A stretch of DNA of 64,000 bases from contig OZ024743.1 in the NCBI GenBank assembly GCA_964016885.1, forward strand, positions 220,906,001-220,970,000. Direction: 5' to 3'. Source of the stretch: Eledone cirrhosa (taxonomy: Eukaryota). The first letter of the stretch is position 1; every line of letters begins with the position of its first letter. Shown piece after piece: positions 25,240 to 39,810 of the stretch. The position numbers were made by a program, and so were the translations under genes. The notes beneath the pieces were generated by a model that saw nothing but the letters and a program-made list of their open reading frames with translations, had not been told where the DNA came from and did no database searches.

Positions 25240-25655
25240 GGAAGAAGTCTGTAATGAAGTGATGTTCCATAAATGAGATATATAAAGCATAGATGCCATG
25301 TTAATAAAGTTTCAATTAAGATAAACTGACCATGTTGCTAGGATCAATGATGCCTAAAATACACTTATGACCAACTTCAAGCGGGAGTGCGGAATTTAAG
25401 AAGACCCCTTCTTAGATGGAAGGATAAACTGAAGAATAATATCAAGCATATTGGAATACAACCATCAGAATTTGAGGAATGTGCGGTTAACGTTAATAGG
25501 TGGAGGAAAATCAGTCAAAATGGCATCAGGAGCAACACAATGATTGAGTACCTGGATGATTTAAAGCAAGTTGAAAGGAATGCAGTTTCTGGTGAATGAT
25601 TTGTGTGTGAAGAATGAAGGGCAGGTTTAGTGTCTCACAGTAGGCACAAATACTA
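25240..25655 (+). mobile_element. RTE-clade LINE 3' fragment
   Basis: HVARINDA...RRPLLRWKDKLKNNIKHIGI...WRK...FVC...AGLVSH, typical of the RTE C-terminus. Confidence 0.75.
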
Positions 25656-25732
25656 AAATGCGGAGTAAAGGGATAGAAAAATCGCTTGGCCATCATGCAT
25701 CAAACACGACGAGAGAGTTCACCATACACATA

Positions 25733-25952
<220 letters not shown>

Positions 25953-26068
25953 AACACACACAGACAACACACACACACACACACGGCATTGGTATAAGCA
26001 TGTTCGTAAGCTTGAGCTGGTTTATTGTATGCATCAGCAATATTTTATTCAGGGATGGAGAGAGAGGG

Positions 26069-26108
<40 letters not shown>

Positions 26109-26347
26109 GCAGCGGGGGATAAAAGCGAGAGAGGAAGACATGGGAATTATGATGTACTACGTTAGTGATAGGGAATAGGAAGTAAAATTTAGTGTAAGAA
26201 ATAAGAGAGAATTGAAATGTGACAAATATACGAAATGAGGGATAGAGAAAGCGAGTTGCAGAGAGACAGAGACAGAGAGACAACAGAGAGAGAGAGAAAG
26301 AGACAGAGACAGAGAGGAAGAGAGAAACAGAGAGAGACAGATGGACA

Positions 26348-26380
<33 letters not shown>

Positions 26381-26582
26381 AGAAGAGTCGGAGGGAGAGA
26401 GTGTGATAAGGTAAAAGCAAAAAGGGTGTGAGCCAATGAATGTATCAAGAATCAACAGAGGAATTGCTTTTAATTAAAATATCCCAAATATAATATTTGA
26501 AATTGAATATTTTAATATTTGCCTTACTACCAATACTGTTATATCACAACTAGGGCTATAATAATAATGATAATGATAATAA

Positions 26583-26794
26583 AGGTTTCTTATATCGGCA
26601 CAAGGCCAGCAATATTTTTGGGGAAAGTCGATTCAATCGACCCCAGTGCGTGATTGGTAATGTATTTTATCGACTTCGTATGGATGAAAGGCAAAGTTAA
26701 CCTTGGCGGGATTTGAAATCAGAACGCAAAGTGCCATAACTCTATGCTGCAAAGCATGGTGTTTAACGCTCTACCGATACTACCAATGCACCGC
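26583..26794 (-). mobile_element. SINE (family of 2090), full length, in (TAA/TGA)n
   Basis: Reverse complement of the SINE consensus, ending caccgcc. Confidence 0.85.
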
Positions 26795-27344
26795 CAATAA
26801 TGATAATAATGATACTGATGATGATGAGGGTTTTGATATTAATAAAAATGATTTCAACAGAAAGAGGACAAAAGGCAAGGACAGTGGGATTTTACAATAA
26901 AATCGAGTAAAAAGCATAATAACAGTAACAAATAACAATAAAATACAACAATAAATTTCCCCATGAGGGGATCACTCTCGCCTTCTTTCTCTGGAAGAAA
27001 TCTGGTTAATTCAGGCCTGGAGAGGAGATGGGATCTTCGAGGTTTAAAAAATGCCCAACAAACGCCGTATTTTACAATGGCGCCCCGAAGACTCCATCAG
27101 AAGTTAAGGTGTATACATACATAGCGGCATTATGATTTTAATTGTAACTAGGATTTGTTTCAATACGCCGAAGCTTATGAGCATATTGTGTGGGCATGTG
27201 TGTATGTACATATGCATACATTTATATGTTTCAGTTTATAAATATAAACGCGTAAACACAGACACAGTTTCAAAAATACACTCTCAAAGACATACATTCA
27301 CACAAATGCACACAGACACACACACACACAGACAGACACATACA

Positions 27345-27417
<73 letters not shown>

Positions 27418-27515
27418 TTACATAAATACTCACACGCAGCATAGCAAATGGAATGCTAGCCGCTGTTTTGCTATAGTTTTTTCACCATCTCCTTCCTTTT
27501 TTCTACACACACATA

Positions 27516-27598
<83 letters not shown>

Positions 27599-27634
27599 TG
27601 TGTGACGGACGGAAGTCGCTCAAATTTATACATA

Positions 27635-27960
27635 GATGATGGTTATATAGTAATATCCTGAGTTTAATTATGATGACAGTCACGATGCGGTATCGTGAGT
27701 TTAATTGTTTTGACGGTTATATAACAATATCACGAATTAAATTTTTATTACGGTTATATAGCAATATCGTAAGTTTAATTGCGACGACGGTTGTATAGTA
27801 ATTTAATTAGTTTAATTATATTGGCGGATATAATGCAGTATGATGTGTTTAATTGTGTAAGCAATATAGCAGTGTGATGAATTTTGATGACGGTTATATA
27901 GTGATGGCATATGTGACTATATAACCGTAACGGTTGTATAGCAATATCACGGGTTTAATA
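27635..27960. repeat. Diverged minisatellite, unit about 38 bp
   Basis: Repeated gacggttatatagcaatatcgtgagtttaatt variants. Confidence 0.75.
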
Positions 27961-28337
27961 GTTGCACGGCAGTAATAGTCTCATTTATGACATTCTGCCG
28001 AAAGTTTCTAAACTAATTATACATGGCTTTTATATTTTTGGATTAAAGAAAATGATTCTTCCTTATTCTTGCTAGATTATCTCAAAGTTATTTTTTGTGT
28101 ATTTTTATTGAATTGATATTATATTCTCTTATAAAGGAGATAGTCAATTAAATCCTCATTTCTTATTTCTACCCCTCCTCTCTTGCTCTCTTCTTTATGT
28201 ATACGTAATCACATAACCAACTTTTCCTTCTGCTTTAAGGATATATATATAACTCGTTTACTCCTTTACCTGTTCCAGCCGACTAGTTGAAGCCATATAT
28301 ACACTACTCCTGTAGAAATCATTTCGATATATATATA

Positions 28338-28437
<100 letters not shown>

Positions 28438-28760
28438 TTATCTATAAAAGGTAGATTGTTGTTGTGTGTGTGTGCATGTTCCATGTTTATACATTTGCAC
28501 GATTTTAAACCGATTCGACTCAAAGTCTGTATGAATGTTCTAAATGGTGTACCTTAGGTCAACGACTATTTGTTTCTAACTCACCCACAATTACGGAAAT
28601 AATCGATAAAACTAAATACAATAAATCTGATTTCCTCTCTCTACTCCCCTTAAAATTCGATAAAACTACATACATGCTGCAACTTTCTCTTATATACGCT
28701 TAAATCCCCACCTTACAAACTTCCTTTAGTAACGCCCAAGAGAGAAGAGAGAAAGAGATG

Positions 28761-28912
<152 letters not shown>

Positions 28913-29531
28913 GAGAGAGAGAGAGAAAGAAAAAGAGAGAGAGAACGTTTGTTTTTGAGTGTGAAACGGTCAAACATTTATTTATTTCAATAACAACGAA
29001 GAGAACTTATTACATTTCATACGAAACAACAATTATTCAAAAGCAACATAAATTTATTCAACAACAAAAAAAAAAAGCGATAAATCTTTTTTAAAACATC
29101 TCTCAACGAACCTGGAAGAAAGAAGTATCAGTTTATTTACTATACACAATAATATCCTCTATGAGGTCACTAAACCTGGTAGAAACAGCAGCTAACTCTC
29201 CCCCATATCACACCCCTCCCTACTGTCTTAAATTTAGAAGACACATATCCCCTATGAGGTCACTAAACCTGCAGAACAACTCCACCGCAGCTCTGTTGTT
29301 CGGCTGGCATCGTCTACGCGCGTGTTGCGCAGGTACTGTGAAACAATAAATTTCAACACTTCTTTGCATAGAGATAATATCCATAGGCGAAATTCGAAAC
29401 TACAATTGTCACTGCTGGCGAAGCTCCTGCTTCGGCAGTCCAGGTCTGCAATTCATTCACCCAGTGCCTGACAGACAAAAAAGTGCCGCCATAAAATGGG
29501 TGGTGCAACCTAACTTTGGTAACTTACTGAC

Positions 29532-29558
29532 CCCGAGCAACGCCGGGCTTTCGTGGTA

Positions 29559-29559
<1 letters not shown>
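29532..29559 (+). mobile_element. Helitron 3' terminus (5' boundary not resolved)
   Basis: Same hairpin cccgagcaacgccggg as the 13019/47340 elements, followed 8 nt later by GTAG-T (decayed CTAG). Confidence 0.55.
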
Positions 29560-29608
<49 letters not shown>

Positions 29609-29682
29609 ATGATATTAAACGGAACCTGAACCGATAAGGTCTGGTTTCTGAGATATGTCACTATTTATAAAATAAATTTTGT

Positions 29683-29741
29683 ATTTTATCTGATGAGTGC
29701 GTACCAAAGTTTTGGTACCCTTGAAATATATATAATAAAAT
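29683..29741 (+). ncRNA. Type I hammerhead ribozyme in a (TA)n-flanked element (~29607-29875)
   Basis: attttat CTGATGA gtgc-gtacca-aagttt-tggtac-cctt GAAAT atat ATA ataaaat; 7-bp stem I, palindromic stem III. Confidence 0.65.
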
Positions 29742-29892
29742 AAATCTGCTTTTATAAATATAGTTTCCATTTATTAATATCATTGGATATTATACTCCAG
29801 GTACACTGTTGAGTGCTTCGAATCTGTGGTAAATAAATTTGTTAAATTACCAACAAATTAAATATCTCTTTGCTTATATATATATATATATA

Positions 29893-29945
<53 letters not shown>

Positions 29946-29946
<1 letters not shown>

Positions 29947-30356
29947 TGTATACGTACATACATATATGTGTACAGACGCACAGTAGTATGTATATATATA
30001 CATACATGCACACATATATGTATGTACGTATGAGTTTACCGAACATTAATTATAATGTTCGGTTTGTTTGTTATCAAACAGCCCGAATTACGCCGTACAG
30101 TGCTCGGCAACGATCGTCGCCCTTTTGTTCAACACTGACACAGGAACGGTGTACTAGTTTCAATCTTATTAACTATCGTTAGCATCGTATACCTTTCTGT
30201 ACGATGATTGAACGTCTGAATGTATATACTTTCCTCATGCATATTAACGGCTGAGCAGCCTAATTTGCATATCGAGTGAGTTAGTCGGCCGGGTATACCG
30301 AAAACGATAAATGGAAAAGAATGAAACGAAATTTCATTTCTCACCCTTAGTACGGA
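29946..30356 (-). mobile_element. Diverged monomer of the 504-nt retrozyme-like unit
   Basis: Alignable with the reverse complement of the 22190-22560 and 23100-23150 parts of the unit; decayed HHR at 30146-30188 (CTAACGA...GAAAC ta GTA). Confidence 0.8.
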
Positions 30357-31255
30357 TCCTTCTACACTAGGGACTGATCAGTCTGATCAGTAGCTTAGCG
30401 TCGTTTTGGAGTTTTAATAAGCTGGTAGAACATCGGTAGCCTGCTGTTTTTAGTGGTGGAATTGGTTTCGCCTTCTCCCTAGCAAAGACAAAGCCAATTT
30501 CAACAGTAGAATGATAAAGCTACCAACTAAACTGGCATATCCTTTGTCTGTTCTGACTATTAGACGGTAATCCTCACACACTCACTTATATGTCGTCTTT
30601 GAAATCTTCAAATACTAATGATTTTTTAACAATATCGTATTTTTATGTGTACAGTGGGATGCAGTCGCATATCTCTAATTGTGTAGATATACCTGTTGCG
30701 TATTTTTGCTGCATTTTTCCATGTGAACACAATGTCATCTTGTAAAGTAACGTGCGTGGCAGGAACGGTATAGTAGAGTGAATGTAATAATTTATTCAGT
30801 TACCTCCCTTGGTGTTATGAGTTCAAACCTCGCGGGGATGGACTTCTCTTTGATCCTTCCAAAATCGATAAACCAAGTACTAATAAAACACTCTGCAATC
30901 TTTTAAATCGAGTCCTCATCTACTGAATATTGACAGTCTTGTGCCAATTGAATCAATCTTTATATTCCAATACATTACAGCGATGGATTGCCTTCAATAT
31001 TATGGCATTAGATTAAAGATAATATCCGAGTATTCTCTCTGTGTGTGTTCGAAGTTCAAATACCACCAGAGGTACATGTCTTTTATAATTCAGATATTAT
31101 TCTGCATACGTACGTGTGTCATATATCACATATCTCTATGTAAACGTTAGCCCTCTACAATTCATATGATTGGTGTGAAGTTCAATACACCAGGGCGTAC
31201 GTGCGTGTTTCGTTTCCTCAGAAACCATATTTTTATGGAAATCAGTCCCATAAAT

Positions 31256-31316
<61 letters not shown>

Positions 31317-31347
31317 GTATTTTCACAGCAGTTACTTCACCATTTCT

Positions 31348-31388
31348 GAGAACAATTGTTTCACCCACCTTATACGGATCATCAGCTC
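31348..31388 (-). ncRNA. Minimal type I hammerhead (family B related) in a ~100-bp element between microsatellites
   Basis: Minus strand gag CTGATGA t-cc...gg-t GAAAC aatt GTT ctc. Confidence 0.6.
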
Positions 31389-31414
31389 GAGATGAGAGTG
31401 TGTGGAAAAGGAAA

Positions 31415-31518
<104 letters not shown>

Positions 31519-31870
31519 ATGTGTGTGTGTGAATAGCACATGCATTTTATGTTTGTGCCTAACGATTTTTTTCTATTAGTCCTGCTTATTTCTTTTATTT
31601 CTTTTTGTATTTTATATTATAAAATAAACTTATCTAAGGTGCTATACAATGCGACTGAACACGAAACCATGTGACACATCACAACATCAATACCGTGTAA
31701 CAATTATAATAGTTTCTGTTTTAGACACAAGGCCAACAATTATTGTGAAAGGAAAAGTCGATTGAATCAATCCCACTGCGATACTGGTACTTTATTTCAT
31801 TGATACCGTAAGGATGAACGGTGGGACTTGCAATAAATAAATAAATAAATAAATATATATATATACATAT

Positions 31871-32054
31871 ATAGGTAAATGTTTAACCCCGACGGCAGAG
31901 CTGAAGCCGTTTCGACGTCCAGAAATAGCCGTCGAAGCGACTTGAGCTCTGCCGTCGGGGTTAAACATTGTCCTATTACCCACTCTACTACCCTAAGTTT
32001 TGAGTACTCTGGTGCATTATGGTCCATCTGGTTCCTTTCCACACCTCCTTCGTT
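31871..32054 (+). mobile_element. Family A fold-back element, copy 3
   Basis: Hairpin with shortened centre plus tail; (TA)n flanks. Confidence 0.8.
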
Positions 32055-32161
32055 ATATATATATATATGTATATATATATATACGTGTATATATATATAT
32101 ATCTATAATAATATTATTTATAGTTATATATACAATATATACAACTATATACAATTGTGTA

Positions 32162-32256
<95 letters not shown>

Positions 32257-32790
32257 ATACGAGGGCGTGCGTGTGTGTGTGTGTGTCTGTGTGTGTTTGT
32301 GTGTGAGTGTGTGCATGTGTTGGTTATACGATATATCAAAGTAATTAAGAAAAATGTTTTTGGCAACTTTTTCAATATCTATTATAATAATAGAAGTAGG
32401 AGAATCAGCACACAGCACAGAAATAAAAATGTTAAAATAAATATATGGAAACAAAGCAATAAAATAATAACAAAATATATAAGAGAAATATAATTGAATT
32501 TAGTGCCACATATATCTGCATGGGTTCGTTAAATAAAAGTTATCTGCGTTGGGAATTTATCAAAATATTAGGCTGTCTCGACATATTTTCATACAACCTA
32601 TATCAACCTATTCAAAATAAACCTGACTAAATAGTACGTTAGCATGGGGTACACTATACGATGTCTCACACACACCCCCAAAAATTATTTCACTTCGCTT
32701 TCTAGAAATCTTTGCTTCAATAATCCCTTACTCTCCATCCCTCTTATCATTTTCCCTCCCAGATTCCATTCTCTCTCTCTTTCTCTCTCA

Positions 32791-32868
<78 letters not shown>

Positions 32869-32982
32869 GTGTCTGTGTGTGTGTGTGTACGTCTGTGTGG
32901 ATTTATACAGGCACGCCTTCTCTCCCTGTTTCTCTGTACCCCATTCTCTCTCTATCTCACTCTCTCCCTCTCTCTATGCATA

Positions 32983-33016
<34 letters not shown>

Positions 33017-33564
33017 CATATATATATATACATATATATACATATGTATATATATACATATGTATATATACACATATATATATATACATATATATATATA
33101 CATACATATATATACATATATATATATATACATATGTGTGCGTGTGCGCGCATCTGTGTGTGTTTGTTTGCGTGTGCACGTGTATATGTCAGATACATGA
33201 GAGCAAAACGTAAAAGAGCACACCTTACTGCAATGATATATTTCCTCTAGCACTTGAGAGAGATGGTAAAGTGTCCGAATGTTTCGGACGTCACTCCGTC
33301 ATCGGAGAATAGATACAGAAAAAGAGTGAATGCTTGAGAGAGAAACGAAAAAAAAGGAATACAGGCGAGGGAAAAAGATTGAGACCGAAAGAAAAAAACA
33401 TGTGCAGATGGTAATCCGTCTCTCACCCCCCCCCCCCACACACACACATTCTCCTACAGCTTGATATAACTCGCTGTCTCCTTCAAAGTTTACTGTGTTT
33501 CAGCAGTGACTCATATAAATGACGATTAAGCCATATGAGGTAACACTTTATTTCTAAACACAGC

Positions 33565-33610
<46 letters not shown>

Positions 33611-33786
33611 GTGTGAATGTATATGTTGTAAGTAGGTATTTTGTCTCATATCATATTGTGTAGCTAATATAAACATGGCATGCTTTCTGATAAGTCATAT
33701 CATAAAAGAAAACACAGAGACGTGTAACAGTAATCCTTAGAGAAAGCTCTTCTACCTATTCTCACAGCTGCTGCTGCTACTCCTCT

Positions 33787-33825
<39 letters not shown>

Positions 33826-33849
33826 AGCTGCTGTTTTTACTACTAATAA

Positions 33850-34835
33850 TTGTTTCTACTTTAGACACAAGGCCAGCAATTTAAAAGAGAAGGGAAAGTC
33901 GATTAAATCGACCCCAGTGCATTATTAACTATGCTTTCCAGTCTAGTTACGTCCCTTTACGGTCTGAGTCCAAATCGCGCCGAGGTTAACTTTGCCTTTC
34001 ATCCTTACGGGGTCGATAAAATAAAGTACCAGTAATGCACTGGGTAATTGCTGGCCTTGTGCCAAAAGTAGAAACAATTATTAGTCTCTTATTTTATTGA
34101 CCTCGTAAGGATAAAAGGTAAAGCTGAGATCAGTTGAATTTGAAGGGTCGTAACTATATATTACAAATCACACCAACGCTCTACCGATTCTGCCAATCTA
34201 CCGCTGTTACTGCAAGTAATAATACTTTCAAATTTAGGTACATAGCCAACTATTAGGGAGGAGGGAGAATAAGCCGAATATGTGAGTGTTTGACTAATAC
34301 TTTATATTATCGACTCTAGAAGGAATGAAGGAGGAGTTAACTTCACCGAGATTTGAACTCGGTACATATTGAGCCAAAACAAACACCACATGACTATTTA
34401 TCTGACACTCGCGACGATTCTGCCAATAGACCATTCTTTAAAGCAGCTTTATAATTTAGGCACAAAGCAAACAGTTTGTGGGGAGGTATAAGTCAACGAT
34501 ATCGACCCTAATACTTACGGGTACACTAATGTATTTGGAAAGGATCAAATGCAAAGAAGACATTGGTCGGATGTAAACACAAAACACATAGAATATGGCA
34601 AAGTAATTTGTCCGAAGATTTATCCATTCTGCCAATACACAATTAACAATGTTTCTATTTTTGGCACAAGGCCAGGGATTACCCAGTGCATTACTGGTAC
34701 TTTATTTTATCGACCTCGTAAGGATGAAAGGCAAAGTTAACCTCAGAGGGATTTGAACTCAGATCATAAAGGGCCGTAACTCTATGCTGCAAAGCATGGT
34801 GTCCGACTCTCTGGCGACACTGCCGATCCACCGCC
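33850..34835. mobile_element. Cluster of nested and tandem SINEs (family of 2090), both orientations
   Basis: At least five partial or complete copies; 34651-34835 (minus) is flanked by an imperfect ~20-bp duplication ccaatacac(a/c)attaa(c/t)aatg. Confidence 0.8.
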
Positions 34836-34949
34836 CAATACACCATTAATAATGATCTTAATCTCTTTACATATATAGGATATAAATGTATGAATGTGAA
34901 TGTTTATAGGCGTATCTGCCTACCTGCTTCTATATATATATGCGAGAAT

Positions 34950-35235
34950 GTGAAGGTGCATAGCTTAGAGCTTAGAGTGATAGCTTCAAGATCTTACTTC
35001 AATTGGATTCCCAGAGCACATTAGGGCCTTGAGTAAGACTCCTTAATTCATGTTCCTCCAGTTCACTCAACTGGAAGAAATGTATTGTAACTTTAAATCG
35101 AAGAGCCAGCCTTATCAAGACCCGTGTCACACTGAATCTCGTTGTGAATTACATTAAGGACATACAAGTGCGTTAATATACGGTTAGGCTGTTCCATCGT
35201 CCGAGTGACGGGAACACTTATCGTTGGTACCAACA
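34950..35235 (+). mobile_element. Diverged second SINE family (CORE-like)
   Basis: ccttgagtaagact...gttcactcaactg...aagagccagcctt...tacattaagg; related to ~14900-15230 and ~40150-40385. Confidence 0.5.
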
Positions 35236-35314
35236 GAGGTCCAGCACACACCTTTATGTGTGTGTCCATGTGTGTGTCTGTTTCTATGTACAACCTGGAA
35301 CGCACAAACATGCA

Positions 35315-35388
<74 letters not shown>

Positions 35389-35393
35389 TATAT

Positions 35394-35591
35394 AACGAAG
35401 GAAATGTGGTAAGGAACCAGGTGGACCATAACGCACCAAAGTACTCAATACTTAGGGTAGTAGAGTGGGTAATAGGAACGAGTAGGACACCGACGGCTGA
35501 GCTCAAGCCGTTTCGACGACTAATTCTGGACTACTAGTCCATAATTAGCCGTCGAAACGGCTTGAGCTCAGCCGTCGGGGTCCTACTCGTT

Positions 35592-35595
<4 letters not shown>
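35394..35595 (-). mobile_element. Family A fold-back element, copy 4
   Basis: Nearly identical to copy 1 but with a different hairpin centre (ggactactagtcc). Confidence 0.85.
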
Positions 35596-35660
<65 letters not shown>

Positions 35661-35677
35661 TGTATATATATATATAT

Positions 35678-35838
35678 AACGAAAGTGTGGTAAGGAACCG
35701 GGTGGACCATAACGTACCAGAGTTCTCGATACTTAGAGTCAGGACCCCGACGGCTTAGATTCGGCAGTTTCGACAGCTAGAGTTCAGATCTAGCTGTAGA
35801 AACGACCGGAGCTCTGGAGTCGGGGTCCTCACTCGATT

Positions 35839-35842
<4 letters not shown>
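35678..35842 (-). mobile_element. Family A fold-back element, copy 5 (divergent, internal deletion)
   Basis: Same tail start aacgaa...gtggtaaggaacc and hairpin remnants; (TA)n flanks. Confidence 0.7.
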
Positions 35843-35886
<44 letters not shown>

Positions 35887-36384
35887 ACATTAAATTAAAT
35901 TATTCCCTGTGATTGTTTCATATTTAAATATATATATATGTCAATCAATTTCTAGTTGATATATATATATATATTAATGTGTGTATGTGTGTGTGTATGC
36001 TGTGGGTGTGGGTGTATATAGGTGTAACCATGTTATACATATTTATATGTTATACACATTTACATATACATGGGGAGCTACATAAACACGTAGAAATGAT
36101 GCTTGGAATTATTGAAGTATTTGTCGCATGATTCATTTTCTCATCAAATACAAGTTTAAGCCGATACTTAATACATGTACTTAACATCACTTCGCACTTT
36201 ACTTAGCTTCAATTTGTAAAACAAGCAACAGTAAAAGCAAATGAGAAAGAATATTTAAATAAATAAATATATTGTGAAAACGTGGAAACCATTTTGTCAG
36301 TGTACAAAATCAATTGAGTAAATCTATTCTTTCAAGCTTTCAGTGCATATGTAAATATATGCGTACACACACAGACGCACGCAC

Positions 36385-36473
<89 letters not shown>

Positions 36474-36576
36474 CATATAGTTATATATATATACATATAT
36501 ATATATATATACATATGTATATATATTTATGTATACATATATATATATATATGTATATGTATGTTTACATATACAA

Positions 36577-36614
<38 letters not shown>

Positions 36615-37244
36615 TTGTTTGTCGCAAATTTGTATCCATGTATATTTGTATGGCAAACTGGTTAATTGCAATGCATGCACCGATCATGATGTCACCATGA
36701 TGATATATGTTTGTCTTTCACTATAAAAATTAGGCTTTGAACTCTCCTATAAACACATGCAAACAGATGTGCACTGCGCCATCTGTTGGCTAAATTTACA
36801 GGACTGTTTACCTTTCGTTTTGGTTCTTTTATATTTGCACTCTACATTTAGAAAAATGATAATTGGTTGTGAGACGCATACATATAATGTTGATTTGACA
36901 GCCACGGGCACAAGTGTGTAGTTTTAGGAAGTAATTCTCTTTGTAGCCACGTACGTTCGAGTTCATTCCTACTGCATGATATATTGGACAAATCTCTCCT
37001 ATAGCCTCTAATTAACTAATATCTTGTGAGTGATAATTGGTAGATCGAAACTCCCGAAACCCCTCGTGCATTAATGTATGTATATAGTTGTCGTTATTTA
37101 TTCAACTGTTTATTTCTGAGTATTGTGTTTGAATTATCTTCGTAAATAAACTAGGTGTAAGTAGGATGGAGCCCTCCACGTCAGTAGAATGTGCCCACCA
37201 TTGATGTGGGATTGTGCAATTACATACGTCTTAAAGTTTAATCG

Positions 37245-37289
<45 letters not shown>

Positions 37290-37380
37290 TTGCGTGTGTG
37301 TGTCTGTGTGTGCGTGCATGTGTGTGAGTGTGTGTGTATAAATAAATAAATCTCACTCTTTCGCTCTCTTTCTCTCTCAC

Positions 37381-37461
<81 letters not shown>

Positions 37462-37588
37462 AGGAGGTGAGTAATATTGTACAACAATAAAACCATGCAT
37501 ATATCAGATAAGTAGCACTCAACAGTTGGTAGAACTGGAGTATATATTAAAGAAGAAATTAAAAGATGGTTAAAAATAATCCATATAT

Positions 37589-37652
37589 TTTATTATGCGC
37601 ATTTCGAAAAGAACATCATCCTGGAACAAAAATTATGTTCTCATCAGATAAA
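37589..37652 (-). ncRNA. Atypical type I hammerhead-like motif in a PLE-type terminus (~37458 onward)
   Basis: Minus strand tttat CTGATGA gaacat...atgttc ttttc GAAAT gcgc ATA ataaa; related copy at 46730-46796. Confidence 0.55.
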
Positions 37653-37827
37653 GTAAGGTAACATAATATGAGGAAAGTCTACAGTCTACATATGACAAAA
37701 ATATAAGAGTAAGAGAAAAATAGGAAAAATGAAGAAAAGGTAAGAAAAAGGAAAAAGAAATAGAAACGAGGAAAAAAAAGAAAGAAAGAAGGAGGAGAGA
37801 GAAAGAGAAAGAGAGAGAGAGAGATAG

Positions 37828-37886
<59 letters not shown>

Positions 37887-38203
37887 CTTTTGATCAGGAA
37901 CGTTGTCAAAATGAAGAACAGCTGTAAATAACAGTTAAAAAATAAATTGTTGAGGTGTATGTGCGAATATTACAGATGGTATTCAAATATTAGAGGTCTA
38001 GAATATAGAAACTGGGTATATTGGGTTTAAATACTAAAAATTGGATTAAGAAGTGTAAAAATGTATTAATAAAATAAAATAAAATAAAATAAAATAAAAT
38101 TAAATTTAAATAATTATAAAAAAGGTTTTTAAAATAAAATAAAATAGAATAGAATAAAAAAAATAAAAATAAGAATAGTCTATCTATATCAAAATTAAAA
38201 ATG

Positions 38204-38280
<77 letters not shown>

Positions 38281-39239
38281 ATAGATAGAGGGAGATAGAG
38301 GGAGATAGAGAGATAGATAGATTGATAGATAGAGAGAGAGAGATAGAGAGAGAGAATGGGCAGACCCGCGTGTTTGTAGTACCTAAAGATTGTATATTTT
38401 ATTTACCCTAAGCTATAACACACCTTATGGGGAATGTCTTTGGTAGTGTGAAATTTATTTTGTTTGCAACATTACGAAGTGCAACAGGATATTGAAGGTT
38501 AATGCTAACAACACTAGCGCATATTCGACGTATTTCTAATAATTCCTGACTATTTCACATTTAAACCCGGCGAATTGAGATAGTAGAGTCATGAATTAAT
38601 ACACTATGGTGCGTTATGCTGCAGCTCTCTACTTTTCAGACTACACTCACGCCAAGGTCAAATTTACCTTTCATCCTTTCTGTATCAATAAATAAAGTAC
38701 CCGTTTAGCGGGGAGATTGGAGAACTTATTAAACTGTCACACTAGATATCTTCAGCATCTGTTCCGAATCTTTTTTTAGTTCAAATCCTGTCTCTTCTGG
38801 CTGGTCAACTGGTGATGCTTCTCCTATGTGTTGTGACCAAGTGATAGAATTAGCAGCAGAAAACGAATGGAAATTTAATTTCCTTGTTTCGATCTGAAGA
38901 TCAGTTTCTTTTCTTCGGTTTTCTTTTCAGATTTTCAACACGATTTGATTTAGATACATCATTCATACATACAATATCTCTTTTATAAATTAATATCAAA
39001 ATTTATTAAAATATTCATCCTACACTCTGGCGTATTTACTTTTAGAAATAAAACAATGTAACGGGAAAATAATTGATTCGTTTTGGTGTATGTGGAGTGT
39101 TAGTTCATGATTCATGGGAGAAAGATTATTTTTATTTTTGTAATCTATTTTGTGAGATAGTCCTTGACAGGATTGACTAATGATTGAATAAACAGTGAGT
39201 CAAACAACGCACTGAAAGATCGTCAGGTCGTACTCCAAC

Positions 39240-39810
39240 GTCTCTATTGTGATTTATCTATGGTCACTGCATTTGTCTCACGCTTGGCAAGTTTATGAAA
39301 CTTGAGATGAACACCATGAATTATCCTGTAGCACTGTATTGTTTCTATAGTCAAGGTATTAGATTTTCCTCGGTGTATAAGAAACTAGACTGAAAACGAG
39401 CATCGTGAATTAACTGACAGTACTGTAGTATATCTATTATCGGGACAATTGTTTCTCGCTCAGTAGGTGTAACAGACTAGATATAAAGTGAACACTATGA
39501 CTTTACGGAGAATACTATAATGTCTATATGAAATCAAAGTATTCGACTCTTGCTCCGCAGGTTTAACAAACCGATTTTAAAGTGAGTGCCCTAAATGAAC
39601 ATACAATCCTGTAGTCTTTTTATATAAACAAGATATTTGACTCTGTGTAGATTTAACAAACTTGGCATAACATGAGCACCATAAATCACAATATAGTACT
39701 GTAGTGTGTCTATGAAATCAACGTAACTCTCGCTTGGTGGGCTTAATATTCTAGACATGAAATGAACACCATAAATTGACAGATCCTGGTATTACTGTGT
39801 ACAGAACAAG
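39240..39810. repeat. Old tandem repeat, about 90-bp period, about six units
   Basis: ga(a/g)caccat(g/a)aat variants at ~39309, 39398, 39490, 39583, 39674 and 39764. Confidence 0.7.

Noticed and set aside
27635-27960. Regularly spaced repeats resembling a CRISPR array
   Set aside because: Units are contiguous degenerate copies without unique spacers; eukaryotic context, no cas genes.
33270-33310. Minus-strand CCGATGA-cgga...tcc-GAAAC
   Set aside because: No convincing stem III/NUH/stem I.
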